64,000 nt of DNA from a virus. Taxonomy: Duplodnaviria; Caudoviricetes. How positions within the stretch are numbered: position 1 is the first letter of the stretch; each line of letters opens with the position of its first letter. Of the stretch, positions 25,557 through 34,577 are shown piece by piece. The stretch is taken from the IMG/VR virus record IMGVR_UViG_3300011517_000006, positions 24,476-88,475 of that record. One strand, given 5' to 3'. The notes under the pieces were generated by a model. That model saw only the letters and a list, made by a program, of their open reading frames with translations, was not told where the DNA came from and ran no database searches. A program made the position numbers and the translations under genes.

Positions 25557-26728
25557 GCCGCCGCGCCCGACCCCTTAGACGATTGTTCTTCCTCGCCCTT
25601 TTCCGGACCCTTGGGCGATGCTCCGGGACTATTCCGGGAGAGCGCCGCAAGCCCGGCTTTCACGTCGTCCTCGATCGCGTGGGCGTAAACCATCGTCGAC
25701 TTGATGTCGGCATGGCCCAGGAGGCGCTGCGCCAGACGAAGGTTGCCGGTCTCCCGCAGGATCTGCATGCCGCTGTGGTGGCGCAGGTCGTGGATGCCCC
25801 GCAGGCCCTTGGCGTCCTTCAGCCCGGATCGCTTCATCGCCCGGCGCATGGCGATAGCGGCTCCAGAGGGCTTGAGCGCCTTCAGGATGACCTTCCCGGC
25901 CGGCCCGCGTAGGCGCCGCTCGCGATACCAGACCGTTTCCAGCTTCGCGGCACGCGCCCGGCCAAGACGAGCCGATAGCATCGCCGCATCCTCGGGCAGC
26001 AGGGGGATGACGTGATCGTCGCCGCCCTTCCGATCTCGAAGGCGGACGCGGGCGTTGTTGATGTCGGCCACGTCGAGGTCGTCGAGCGAGAAGAACAGCT
26101 CCGACAGTCGACAGCCGTAGCGGGCGGCGAAGCGGATCAGGTCGTGCCAGTGGGGCAGAACCTCGGCCTCGACCCGCTCCAGCTCATCCCCGACGAGCTC
26201 CTTGGGCCGGGGCTTAGGCTCCTTGAGGCGCAGGGCCTCCCAGTCGATCTCCGGAAGCCTGGCGCCCCATGCCTTCCGTGCGCGGTTCAGGATCGGCCGG
26301 AGGGTGTCGATCATGTCCCGGTTCACCGTCGAGTTCGACGGCAGGTATTCCTTCGCCCCCTTGGCCTTGGACTTCACGATGCCCTGGCCGCGGCGTCGCT
26401 CGATGGCGGTGGCGATGTGGTTGGTGGTGATGTCGCAGATGCGTGTCCCTGCCCCCACGACGGCCATCATGCGCTCGATCCGGGCTTCCAGACGGGCGCC
26501 GCCCTTCAGCGTCGTGCCGCGCTCGGCCCACCAACGGCCGGCGGCCTCGTCCAGGGTCATCTGCGAGGCGTCATCCAGTTCGCCCGTCGCCGCCTTGGTG
26601 CGGATGCGGCGTTCGACCTCCTCGGCCTTGCGCTTCGTCTCCACGCCGGTCGAGCCGTGGTAGCGCCTGCCCTTGTATTGGAAGTCGTAGGCCCAGTACC
26701 GGCTGTTCTTCGGCAGGTAGACGGACAT
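25550..26728 (-). CDS. Tyrosine integrase (prophage 2)
   Basis: YGCRLSE, HDLRH, LLGHADIKSTMVYAH catalytic motifs; N-terminal arm-binding domain. Confidence 0.93.
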   Translation of the reverse strand: MSVYLPKNSRYWAYDFQYKGRRYHGSTGVETKRKAEEVERRIRTKAATGELDDASQMTLDEAAGRWWAERGTTLKGGARLEARIERMMAVVGAGTRICDITTNHIATAIERRRGQGIVKSKAKGAKEYLPSNSTVNRDMIDTLRPILNRARKAWGARLPEIDWEALRLKEPKPRPKELVGDELERVEAEVLPHWHDLIRFAARYGCRLSELFFSLDDLDVADINNARVRLRDRKGGDDHVIPLLPEDAAMLSARLGRARAAKLETVWYRERRLRGPAGKVILKALKPSGAAIAMRRAMKRSGLKDAKGLRGIHDLRHHSGMQILRETGNLRLAQRLLGHADIKSTMVYAHAIEDDVKAGLAALSRNSPGASPKGPEKGEEEQSSKGSGAAAS

Positions 26729-27021
26729 CAGGGATCGACGCGATAGACGCGCGCACTAGGTAGGCCTGGAGGGCAAACCTTGTCCTCGATCCTGTAGATC
26801 GCCTCGCGCAAGGGCTGGACAGGATCGGTGGCGTTCAGGATCTTGGCGACCGGAACGACTTCCTCTGCGAGCTTCTCCTCGCCGGTGCCGGGAGGCGGGT
26901 AGCCGCCTTCAATGATCACTGCTTCGGCGGTTCGACGGACGGGCCTAAAAGCTACGGCAGAATCCTTCATCTGGAACTCAGCGTCGTATATCGCGCCCTG
27001 GATAAGTTGGTCGTCGGTCAT
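26728..27021 (-). CDS. Hypothetical protein inserted between xis and int
   Basis: 97 aa, lower GC, RBS GAGGGA. Confidence 0.55.
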   Translation of the reverse strand: MTDDQLIQGAIYDAEFQMKDSAVAFRPVRRTAEAVIIEGGYPPPGTGEEKLAEEVVPVAKILNATDPVQPLREAIYRIEDKVCPPGLPSARVYRVDP

Positions 27022-27034
27022 GTCCCTCAGCCTC

Positions 27035-27361
27035 CTAGCGTCCGGCCGTCTTCTTGCGCTGGCTGAACGGCACGACCTTGCTCTGGACGTGAACCGTCGG
27101 CCTCGGCTTCTCCTCGCGGACCGGGGCGTCAGCCTGCGTCAGATAACAGCGTATGTCACCCTCGGTGTAAGCGCGCCGCGCGCCGCGACGGACAGCACGG
27201 ATCACGCCCTCCTCGGTCAGTTCGCGCAAGGTTCCGGCATCCATGCCCAGCAGCTTGGCGGCGGCCTGGGCGGTGATGATGCAGGCGTCAGCGAACGCCA
27301 TCTGGATACGGCGCTCGGTGGCGGGGCCGATGGTGGCGACAGCGTCGTTAGCTGCGGTCAT
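27035..27361 (-). CDS. Excisionase-like HTH protein
   Basis: AAKLLGMDAGTLREL...RRAYTEGDI; upstream of int. Confidence 0.75.
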   Translation of the reverse strand: MTAANDAVATIGPATERRIQMAFADACIITAQAAAKLLGMDAGTLRELTEEGVIRAVRRGARRAYTEGDIRCYLTQADAPVREEKPRPTVHVQSKVVPFSQRKKTAGR

Positions 27362-27615
27362 GGTGCCCCCCTTGTCAGGAAATAGAGGCGGGCGGACGAA
27401 GGGCCGTCAAAGGTCTCGTCCTCAGCAATGCGCTTGATCAGCCCCTCGGCCTGAGAGAGCCGGGCCAGAACGGTGTTGATGGCCGCCTCATCTTCGCGGC
27501 GCGCGCGGGCTTCGGCGGGCGTCTTCGACTTCGTCGACATAGCGCCGAACCAGATCGCCATCCGGCCCAGACGCTGGACGGCGAGGGCGAGTTTGTCGTT
27601 TGCGACGGTGGTCAT
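27358..27615 (-). CDS. Hypothetical phage protein
   Basis: ATGA-coupled. Confidence 0.55.
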   Translation of the reverse strand: MTTVANDKLALAVQRLGRMAIWFGAMSTKSKTPAEARARREDEAAINTVLARLSQAEGLIKRIAEDETFDGPSSARLYFLTRGAP

Positions 27616-28001
27616 TTCAGCACCTGATCGATCCAGGCGCTGACGTGCGCGGTCACGATCACCGCATCGCCGCCCGCCTCAACGCTGTTGCTGACCAGCA
27701 GGGCAATGTCTTTGTCGAAGCTCGGCTCTTCGGGGCGCAGGGCTGCGATGGCCGCGCGGGCGATCCTGATAGTGTCCGAAACCTGCTGCAGCATGCCGGG
27801 GTTGGTCTCGGCGTTCTCATAGGCGACGTCGACGAACTGCTGCCAGGTCGGGTAGCCCGGCACTTCGTCTCCATCGACGTTGTGGATCACCGCGCAGACC
27901 CGCTCGATCACGTCGAAGCTGGCGCGCTCTTCCGGCGTCATGTTGTCGTTGCGGTGTTCGGGTGCGCTGGGCTTTCCGCCCTCGATGACGCGGAAAGTCA
28001 T
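27612..28001 (-). CDS. Hypothetical phage protein
   Basis: Coupled ORF. Confidence 0.5.
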   Translation of the reverse strand: MTFRVIEGGKPSAPEHRNDNMTPEERASFDVIERVCAVIHNVDGDEVPGYPTWQQFVDVAYENAETNPGMLQQVSDTIRIARAAIAALRPEEPSFDKDIALLVSNSVEAGGDAVIVTAHVSAWIDQVLK

Positions 28002-28113
28002 GGCTTCCATCCTTGGCGGGTGTTGTGAAACTGGCCGCAGCGGCGGCAGGAGCCCCACAGGGCGCCGGGGCTGAGCGGGACGTGGCCGAGGAAGAAGCAG
28101 AGGAGCTGCCGAA

Positions 28114-28473
28114 TCATCGCGTAGCGGCCTTGATGATGGCGTAGGTGCGCGGGCACTCTCGCGCGCCCCAGCGATTAATCGCTCCGTTCATCTGCTCCTC
28201 CTTGAAGGCAGCAGTCGCTTCATCCCAAACGCGCGCCAGCCGAGCCCAGATCACATCGTTTTGGCCGAGCCGATCAACCGCCTCTCGCGCCTCTGGCGCT
28301 GCCAAGACAAGCCGGTAGCAGCGTCCAAAGTCGCTGGTGTCGCGAGGATGATGGGGGTTGCGGACTGCGATGCCGCACGTCTCGCGGGCGAGGTCCTTGG
28401 ACGATAGGCCCACGTCGTCGCTGAGCGCCCATAGGGCAACTGCAGCCTGTATCTCACGGAGCGATCTGGTCAT
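28114..28473 (-). CDS. Hypothetical phage protein
   Basis: PHHPRDTSDFGRC motif typical of phage early hypotheticals. Confidence 0.6.
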   Translation of the reverse strand: MTRSLREIQAAVALWALSDDVGLSSKDLARETCGIAVRNPHHPRDTSDFGRCYRLVLAAPEAREAVDRLGQNDVIWARLARVWDEATAAFKEEQMNGAINRWGARECPRTYAIIKAATR

Positions 28474-28594
28474 GCGGAGAGCCTCAGCAGGAGTTCGCAG
28501 AAGCCCATGCTCCCGACGCCGATGGCGCCGCCCAGCACGATGAGCTTCCAGATGGGGGTGTTGTGGTGGGCTGGGTTCGACCAGGAGCGGCGGA

Positions 28595-29974
28595 TCACTG
28601 GCCGCCCTCCGGCTGAGCCCCGCCGTCGCCCAGCGCATCACCCATGAAGAACTTGGCCACCAAAGGCGTGATCGGCAGGTCGAGAACCCGGATGGCGTTA
28701 GCGACAGCGGAGCGGATCAGGTTCGCCGCGTCGTCGGCATCGTCGGAGGCCCCGTGCTGGACGGCATGCAGCTGTCCCATCGCCGCGACCAGCTGGAAGG
28801 CGACGCCGCCCTTGCTCGCGGGGGTCATGCGCAGGGCGGCGCTGGGGATGGCCGACAGGTCGTGGTCAGCGCGGGAATAGGCCAAGATCTCCCTGGGGTG
28901 CAGGGCGGTCGCGTTGCTCGCGTCGTGCTTCTCGAACGTGCTGAGAGCGTCGAGCATCTCGCCCGAGAGATCCGCGACCGCGCAACCGGCGGGCAGCGGC
29001 GCCGGGATACGGCCCATGCGCCGCGCGTCCTGCACAACCTGCTCCGCAAAGCTCAGAGCGTCGCGCTCGCCGGTCCACTCTTGGCTGAAGACCTGAGCCT
29101 TGAATGCAAGAGCTTCAGGCGTCTCGGCCGGCGTCGAGATGAGTGTTGCGACCGCTTCGTTGACCGCCCGCAGCGCAGCATCCTCTTCAGTTCGAAGCGC
29201 GACCAGCCCCAGTTCCTCCCCGAGGGCGGTCCGGTCCTTCTGGAACTGCAGGAAGACCGCCGCCTTGTCTGCCGCTTCTTCTGGGGTGAGCTTGGGATCG
29301 TCACCCCACGGCGCATGGACCGCCTGCTCGATGGACTGGACCGAAAGGTAATACCGGCGATCAGGGCCAGATCGTCGCAAGGCGTCGGGCCAAGGGCGGC
29401 GCTGACCCAGCTCAGCTTCAGCCGAACTCAGGGCGGCTTGGGCCGCCTCAGAACGCCGCGCGGCAGCGAGATAGGCGTCGCGGGCGGCGTCCCATTCAGG
29501 CGACGCCCCGTCGCGATCCGCCCAGTCCTTGATAGCGACGTAAGCCGCGAGCAGACCATCACGCGCATCGTCGTGGTTCAGGTCTGTGACCGCTTGTTCG
29601 CCGCAGGAAAGGACATAGGCGCCGATCCGCTTGACCATCGACGCGGGCTCGGCAGGGGGCAGGAACAGCAGGCGGTGGCCGAGGTCGCCGACGCGCTTAT
29701 GCTCAGCGTGCCAGGCCTCAAACTCGGCCGTCTCGTCGTCACCCCGCGCATCGACAGCGCAGCACTCGTCCCAGAGCGCGGTAAGGCGTGGCTGCGCGTC
29801 CTCAATCGCCTGGATCAAGTCGCCCTCAGACATGGCGATGATCTCAGGTGAATCGTCAGGGGCGGCGGCATCGAAGGTCGCGACAGCCTCAGCGGCGTTC
29901 ACGGCGTTTCGGGCAGCAGTCATCGCTCCCGCGCCGGTAGTGATAATCGGTTTTGTAATGGTGGCGCTCATCAC
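28595..29974 (-). CDS. Hypothetical helical phage protein (459 aa)
   Basis: Long coupled ORF in the left early operon. Confidence 0.65.
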   Translation of the reverse strand: MMSATITKPIITTGAGAMTAARNAVNAAEAVATFDAAAPDDSPEIIAMSEGDLIQAIEDAQPRLTALWDECCAVDARGDDETAEFEAWHAEHKRVGDLGHRLLFLPPAEPASMVKRIGAYVLSCGEQAVTDLNHDDARDGLLAAYVAIKDWADRDGASPEWDAARDAYLAAARRSEAAQAALSSAEAELGQRRPWPDALRRSGPDRRYYLSVQSIEQAVHAPWGDDPKLTPEEAADKAAVFLQFQKDRTALGEELGLVALRTEEDAALRAVNEAVATLISTPAETPEALAFKAQVFSQEWTGERDALSFAEQVVQDARRMGRIPAPLPAGCAVADLSGEMLDALSTFEKHDASNATALHPREILAYSRADHDLSAIPSAALRMTPASKGGVAFQLVAAMGQLHAVQHGASDDADDAANLIRSAVANAIRVLDLPITPLVAKFFMGDALGDGGAQPEGGQ

Positions 29975-30417
29975 GTAGCCGCCCTCTGCGAGGCGCGACG
30001 CGCCTTGAGGTTTCTCAGAGCCGTGGCGACCCCATCCGCGTTCACCGCAAGGGAGTGGACGCGATAGCTGATGCCGGGCGCGCGCCTCTCAGCTGCTTCC
30101 AGCCAGTTGAGCAGCCGAATGCCTTCATCGAGCACGGCGTCGGGCATGAGGTAAGCAAAGCTGCTTCCGCTCTCGCAGCGGATGTCGCAGCCAGCGCGAC
30201 GATACGCGGACAGCCATTGCCGCTCTTCCCAAAGAGCTGGGCGTGGTTCTTTCCCGAAGTAGGGGAACAGATCCAGACCGACCAGCGCCAGGCGGCGTGC
30301 TTCGCGTAGATCGGCCTGGGAAGGCTTCGCCACGACCGGGATGCCAGCGGCTAGATCCGTTTCAAAATCGGTAGGCGGCAAATCCGCACGCGCTTCAGTG
30401 TTGGCAAAAGCCTGCAT
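29971..30417 (-). CDS. Hypothetical protein, first gene of the left early operon
   Basis: RBS GAGGAG and ATG at 30417 after the pL-like promoter. Confidence 0.6.
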   Translation of the reverse strand: MQAFANTEARADLPPTDFETDLAAGIPVVAKPSQADLREARRLALVGLDLFPYFGKEPRPALWEERQWLSAYRRAGCDIRCESGSSFAYLMPDAVLDEGIRLLNWLEAAERRAPGISYRVHSLAVNADGVATALRNLKARRASQRAAT

Positions 30418-30440
30418 GGCGTTCTCCTCGGTGTGCGCGA

Positions 30441-30484
30441 ACGATGACAAAGTGTGCTCATTGATGCAAGCACATTTTGTGCTT
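30441..30484 (-). promoter_or_regulatory. pL-like promoter with AGCAC-N5-GTGCT operators
   Basis: Minus strand TTGCAT-N17-CATCGT; palindrome AAGCACA-TTT-TGTGCTT at 30468-30484; degenerate site 30444-30458. Confidence 0.7.
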
Positions 30485-30592
30485 TCCTTGCTTGGGGCGT
30501 TTCTTCGAGACGCCATTATCGGTCGCAGAGCTACCCGCGGTCGTTGACTCTTCACTCCCCTAAAGGCCCCTTGCGGTAGTGAAGGAGTGGCC

Positions 30593-30826
30593 ATGCAGAC
30601 CATCTATCGTGTGCAGACTTACCGCCGTCAGGGTCGACGCCTGGAGGCCGGGCAAATGCATCAGTTCGCCGATGAGGCAGCAGCGAGAGCCGCTGGGATT
30701 TCATTGTCTGGCAAGGCGGCGGGGGTCGTCGTCTATGCAATCAGTGGGGAACCAGAAGCCGACTTTTGGGACGAGCCGATGTTGCTGTCTCGGCATGGAG
30801 TCGCTCCTGAAGATCGGGAGGTCTGA
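30593..30826 (+). CDS. Small hypothetical protein (accessory cassette)
   Basis: MQTIYRVQTY...SGEPEADFWDEP; RBS AAGGAG. Confidence 0.65.
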   Translation: MQTIYRVQTYRRQGRRLEAGQMHQFADEAAARAAGISLSGKAAGVVVYAISGEPEADFWDEPMLLSRHGVAPEDREV

Positions 30827-31723
30827 ATGGGATTTCTGTCGAAGCTGTTCGGGTCGCCATCGAAGCCAGCCGCGCCATCTCCGATCTCGGCATGGAGCGT
30901 AGACTTTGTGGTCGTCGACGTTGAAACAGCCTGCTCTCGCTCCAGCAGCATTTGCCAGATCGGGATCGTAGGCTTCCGCGAGGGCAAGGAGGTCGAGGCA
31001 TTCGAAACCCTCGTTGATCCGCGCGACGAGTTCGATGATTTCAACGTCCGCCTTCACGGGATCGGTCCGAACCACGTCCGAGGCCGACCGACATTCTCCG
31101 CTCTTCACTCCGTCGTAAACGCGCGCCTCGGCGGTCAGATCACCGTGGCTCATTCGAGCTTCGATAAAGGCGCGCTTGCGTCGGCCTGCGAGCGCCACGC
31201 TCTACCGAACATTTCAACTACATGGCTTGATAGCGTCATGGTTGCGCGAAGGGCCTGGCCTGAGCTGTCCAGTCACCGGCTGAACCTCCTGGCGGACTAT
31301 CTTGGGATAGAGCATCGACACCACGACGCGCTCAGCGATGCGCGCGCTGCCGGGATGGTGATCGTGAAGGCAATTGATCACACCGGCCTAAGCCTAGCCG
31401 ACTGGCTGACGCCGCGCGCTCACGTGGTGCCTTCTCTCAAGCGCGCAGGCGGGGCGGGACCGCTCGCTGGGCACAGCGTGTCATTTACAGGCGAGTTTTC
31501 AGTAACCAAGGCAGAACTCGCCGACCAACTGGCGGCCGCTGGTGCTGCGACGACCCCTGGGCCGACGAGGAAGACGACGATTTTCGTGGTCGGACAGCAG
31601 GACCCAGCGTCGCTGGCCGGGAAGGCAAAAAGCAACAAGCACCTCAAGGCCGAAATGCTTCTTGCCTCTGGCCAGCACATCCAGATTGTGGACGAGGCCG
31701 GCCTTCGAAAGCTGATGTCTTAG
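30827..31723 (+). CDS. DEDDh 3'-5' exonuclease (DnaQ-like) fused to a BRCT domain
   Basis: VVDVETA ExoI, HHDALSDA ExoIII; SVSFTGEF...PTRKTTIFVVG...K..KA BRCT. Confidence 0.88.
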   Translation: MGFLSKLFGSPSKPAAPSPISAWSVDFVVVDVETACSRSSSICQIGIVGFREGKEVEAFETLVDPRDEFDDFNVRLHGIGPNHVRGRPTFSALHSVVNARLGGQITVAHSSFDKGALASACERHALPNISTTWLDSVMVARRAWPELSSHRLNLLADYLGIEHRHHDALSDARAAGMVIVKAIDHTGLSLADWLTPRAHVVPSLKRAGGAGPLAGHSVSFTGEFSVTKAELADQLAAAGAATTPGPTRKTTIFVVGQQDPASLAGKAKSNKHLKAEMLLASGQHIQIVDEAGLRKLMS

Positions 31724-32307
31724 CGCGGCCGCATGTTGGTGACGACCGCGGCCCACTCCACAGTCTGGTCCGTCAGGGTGGGCTCGTTGCTATTACTGTC
31801 GAGATGGAAAAGGCCGTTGGCTGCGGGACGCAGGCGCTTAACCAGCACCCTCCCGTCGGCCAGGCCCACGACACAGAGCCTGTTGAACATGTCGGGTGTC
31901 ACTGGCGAGCGCACATCGTCGTAGAAGACCAGCCAGTTGTCCAGCACAGGACCCAAGCTGTCGCCGCGGATTTCCGCAGCCACCGTCTTGGGACCAGCAT
32001 TGTCGGGAGCAGCCACGTAGTCGAGGTTGCCCTGCCCTTCCGAATACAAGACCGCCGCCGATCCGGCGGCCACGTAGCCGACGACTGGAACTTGCCGATG
32101 TTCTGCGTCAGCCCCGCTCATCTCGAGCTCTGAGGGTTTCATGAGCAGGGCGAGCGCGACTCGCTCCACGTCCGCTCTGGTGGGCTCCGTCCTATTCCGC
32201 TCCCACGACGATATCGTCGTCTGCGCCGTCCCAACGGCTAGGGCTAGCGCTCTTTGCGACATTCCTTTGGCCTGCCTGGCCCGAGCGATGCGATCCCCGA
32301 TCTTCAT
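31720..32307 (-). CDS. CI-like repressor (HTH + S24 peptidase)
   Basis: IARARQAKGMSQRALALAVGTAQTTISSWERN; IRGDSL serine, VLVKRL lysine. Confidence 0.88.
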   Translation of the reverse strand: MKIGDRIARARQAKGMSQRALALAVGTAQTTISSWERNRTEPTRADVERVALALLMKPSELEMSGADAEHRQVPVVGYVAAGSAAVLYSEGQGNLDYVAAPDNAGPKTVAAEIRGDSLGPVLDNWLVFYDDVRSPVTPDMFNRLCVVGLADGRVLVKRLRPAANGLFHLDSNSNEPTLTDQTVEWAAVVTNMRPR

Positions 32308-32342
32308 GGCGGGAACGTGCCGCTGCACACTGGCGGCGTCTA

Positions 32343-32385
32343 ACGACAATATGTGCTTGTCACAAGCACGCTTTGTGCTCATTAT
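32343..32385 (+). promoter_or_regulatory. pR-like promoter with two operators
   Basis: TTGTCA(32357)-N17-CATTAT; AGCAC-GCTTT-GTGCT (32365-32379) fills the spacer; ACGAC-AATAT-GTGCT at 32343. Confidence 0.75.
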
Positions 32386-32391
32386 GGCCTC

Positions 32392-32640
32392 ATGCGAAGC
32401 CATAGCCAGATTGTTCGAGATTTCGGCGCCGCCGGTCTTCACCGGGCCTTGCGTGCTCGGGGCCATGTTATTCATCCGTCGACTCCGCAGCGGTGGGCTG
32501 AACGAAACTCCATCCCCGGGGGATTTTGGGCCGACTTCGTCGATATCGGCGCCTCAACGCTGAAAGAACTGGCCGACGCCGCCCGCCAGGGGGCGGGCTG
32601 TGGCGACCGTCAGCGCGAAACCGACCGCGGGGCCGCCTGA
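32392..32640 (+). CDS. Cro-like protein
   Basis: HSQIVRDFG...PSTPQRWAERNSIP; divergent from cI. Confidence 0.7.
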   Translation: MRSHSQIVRDFGAAGLHRALRARGHVIHPSTPQRWAERNSIPGGFWADFVDIGASTLKELADAARQGAGCGDRQRETDRGAA

Positions 32641-32884
32641 TGCAACGCCCCTCTCGCCTTCTCCCGCTGCTCCTGAGCCAGACGCCACCACTTCGGGTCG
32701 CGCGTCTCCCGCGCCGCGACGCTGCAGGCTCCGGCCGCAACTCCATGGCGGATCGCCCGCAAGATTTCTGCGGACGGCTCCGGTCCGCTGTTCGCCCTGT
32801 CCAACATCTCAACCTCCAATCCTGTGAGGCGACATTCGGCCAACGCCGGTCGCCCGTCACCTTGCATGCACAAGGCTCTTGGCA

Positions 32885-33328
32885 ATGAACGACTTCTCCC
32901 CCGCTCTTCTGAAGGCGCACTTCGGCCAGCTGGTCGACGCCGTCGGCACCCAAGAAGCGGCCGCCGCATTCCTCGGCGTCAGCCGTCAGCGCGTCGGCCA
33001 GTTGATCAGCACGGCGAACAACGACCTGCCGACCTGGGCGCAGGTGTGGAAGCTGGAAAAGGTGACGGGACAATCGCTGGTCTTCGGCGCGTTCGGTCGC
33101 ATGACGGCGGGCGAAGAGGCCCACACCGGCGCCCTAACCGCTGCAGTCGAAAGCACCGCCACGGCGACCCGCGCCCTTCAGGCCGTCCACGCGGCCAAGG
33201 CCGATGGCGTCATCGAGCAACACGAGGTCGAGGCTGTGCGCGACGCGGCGCGAGACAACCTGATCGCCGCCCAGCGCCAATACGACGAGAGCATGCGCTT
33301 GCGCTCGACAGCGGGAGCTGATGCATGA
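32885..33328 (+). CDS. CII-like regulatory protein
   Basis: LVDAVGTQEAAAAFLGVSRQRV HTH; ADGVIEQHE; position after cro. Confidence 0.65.
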   Translation: MNDFSPALLKAHFGQLVDAVGTQEAAAAFLGVSRQRVGQLISTANNDLPTWAQVWKLEKVTGQSLVFGAFGRMTAGEEAHTGALTAAVESTATATRALQAVHAAKADGVIEQHEVEAVRDAARDNLIAAQRQYDESMRLRSTAGADA

Positions 33329-34329
33329 TCCAGATCGACCGGATCACGACCTTCGACCGCGTCCGTCAGGCGGATCGCAAGCAGGTTGAAGCCTTGGCGG
33401 AAAGCATCCGCGAGGTCGGGCTGCTCAACCCCATCGCGGTGGCGCCGGATGGCGAGGGCTATGCCCTGATCGCCGGGATGCACCGGCTGGAAGCTGCGCG
33501 CCTGCTCGGCTGGACGGAAATCCCGGCCACCGTGCTGGCGCTGGATCAGCATCGCCGGATCATCGCCGAGTGCGACGAAAACCTGTGCGCGCCGTCCCTG
33601 ACGCCCGCCGAACGCGCTGAGTTCACGCGCCGCCGTAAGGCTGCATATGAGGCGCTGCACCCGGAGACGCGGGCTGATGCGCCAAAGGGCAATCAATATG
33701 CTTCTCGCCAAGTTGGCGACAAGCAACCGGCGCCCCGCTTCACCGCCGATACCGCCGCCGCCACGGGCCAATCTGAGCGGGCCGTTCAGCGCGACGCCGA
33801 GCGGGGCGAGAAGGTCTCTGACGAAGCTCTGGCGCTGATCAAGGGGACCCGCCTCGACACCGGGCGCTACCTCGACAGCATCAAGAACCTGTCGCCCGCG
33901 GATCAGGTGGCGAAGGTGGAAGCGGACCTGACACCGCCCTCTGAAGGCGTCGAAAAACGGGACACGCACCCCGCCGAACCTGTCGAGCCCATCGACCCCG
34001 CCGAAGCCAAGGCTCGTCGCGAGATCGCCCAACTCCCCGACGAGGCCAAGGTCGACGAGATCGTCGGCCTACGCGCTGAAGTCATCGACCTCCGCAAAGC
34101 GGTCAAGGAACATAAAGCCAACACCGCCAGGCTGAAAACCCAGTTGAAGGGCCACGAGGGCGACAAGGACGACACGATCCGGGCGCTCCAAAGGAAGCTG
34201 GACCACGCGAACAGCGAGATGTTCCGCGCCAAGGAGGAGGCTGCGCGCGTCCTTCGCCACAACCACGTCCTGAAGAAGGAAATCGACAAGCTCAAGGCTG
34301 AGATCGAGAACCAGGTGTTCCAGCTTTGA
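33325..34329 (+). CDS. ParB N-terminal domain protein with coiled coil
   Basis: LAESIREVGLLNPIAV, LIAGMHRLEAA, ENLCAPSL. Confidence 0.8.
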   Translation: MIQIDRITTFDRVRQADRKQVEALAESIREVGLLNPIAVAPDGEGYALIAGMHRLEAARLLGWTEIPATVLALDQHRRIIAECDENLCAPSLTPAERAEFTRRRKAAYEALHPETRADAPKGNQYASRQVGDKQPAPRFTADTAAATGQSERAVQRDAERGEKVSDEALALIKGTRLDTGRYLDSIKNLSPADQVAKVEADLTPPSEGVEKRDTHPAEPVEPIDPAEAKARREIAQLPDEAKVDEIVGLRAEVIDLRKAVKEHKANTARLKTQLKGHEGDKDDTIRALQRKLDHANSEMFRAKEEAARVLRHNHVLKKEIDKLKAEIENQVFQL

Positions 34330-34577
34330 GCATCGTCGAGCGCATCAGAGCCCATGGCGGCGAGGTCGGACGGGACCGCTGGAACATCAGCCTCCGCAAG
34401 GGACGGCTGGATGCGACGGCGCTCGCCTGGATCGCGAAGCACCGGGGCCAGCTGATGCGCGAGATCTGGCCTGAATACGACGCCTTCGAAGAGCGCGCCG
34501 CCATCATGGAGTACGACGGCGGGCTGCCCCGACAGGAGGCTGAGCGCGCCGCATACCGGGAGGTGTGCGGATGCTGA
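34326..34577 (+). CDS. Replication-associated small protein
   Basis: FEERAAIMEYDGGLPRQEAE motif common beside phage primases. Confidence 0.65.
   Translation: MSIVERIRAHGGEVGRDRWNISLRKGRLDATALAWIAKHRGQLMREIWPEYDAFEERAAIMEYDGGLPRQEAERAAYREVCGC

Noticed and set aside
25512-25590. Complete tRNA-Met gene
   Set aside because: The 5' half is absent and replaced by the tyrosine integrase 3' end, so it is reported only as an att fragment
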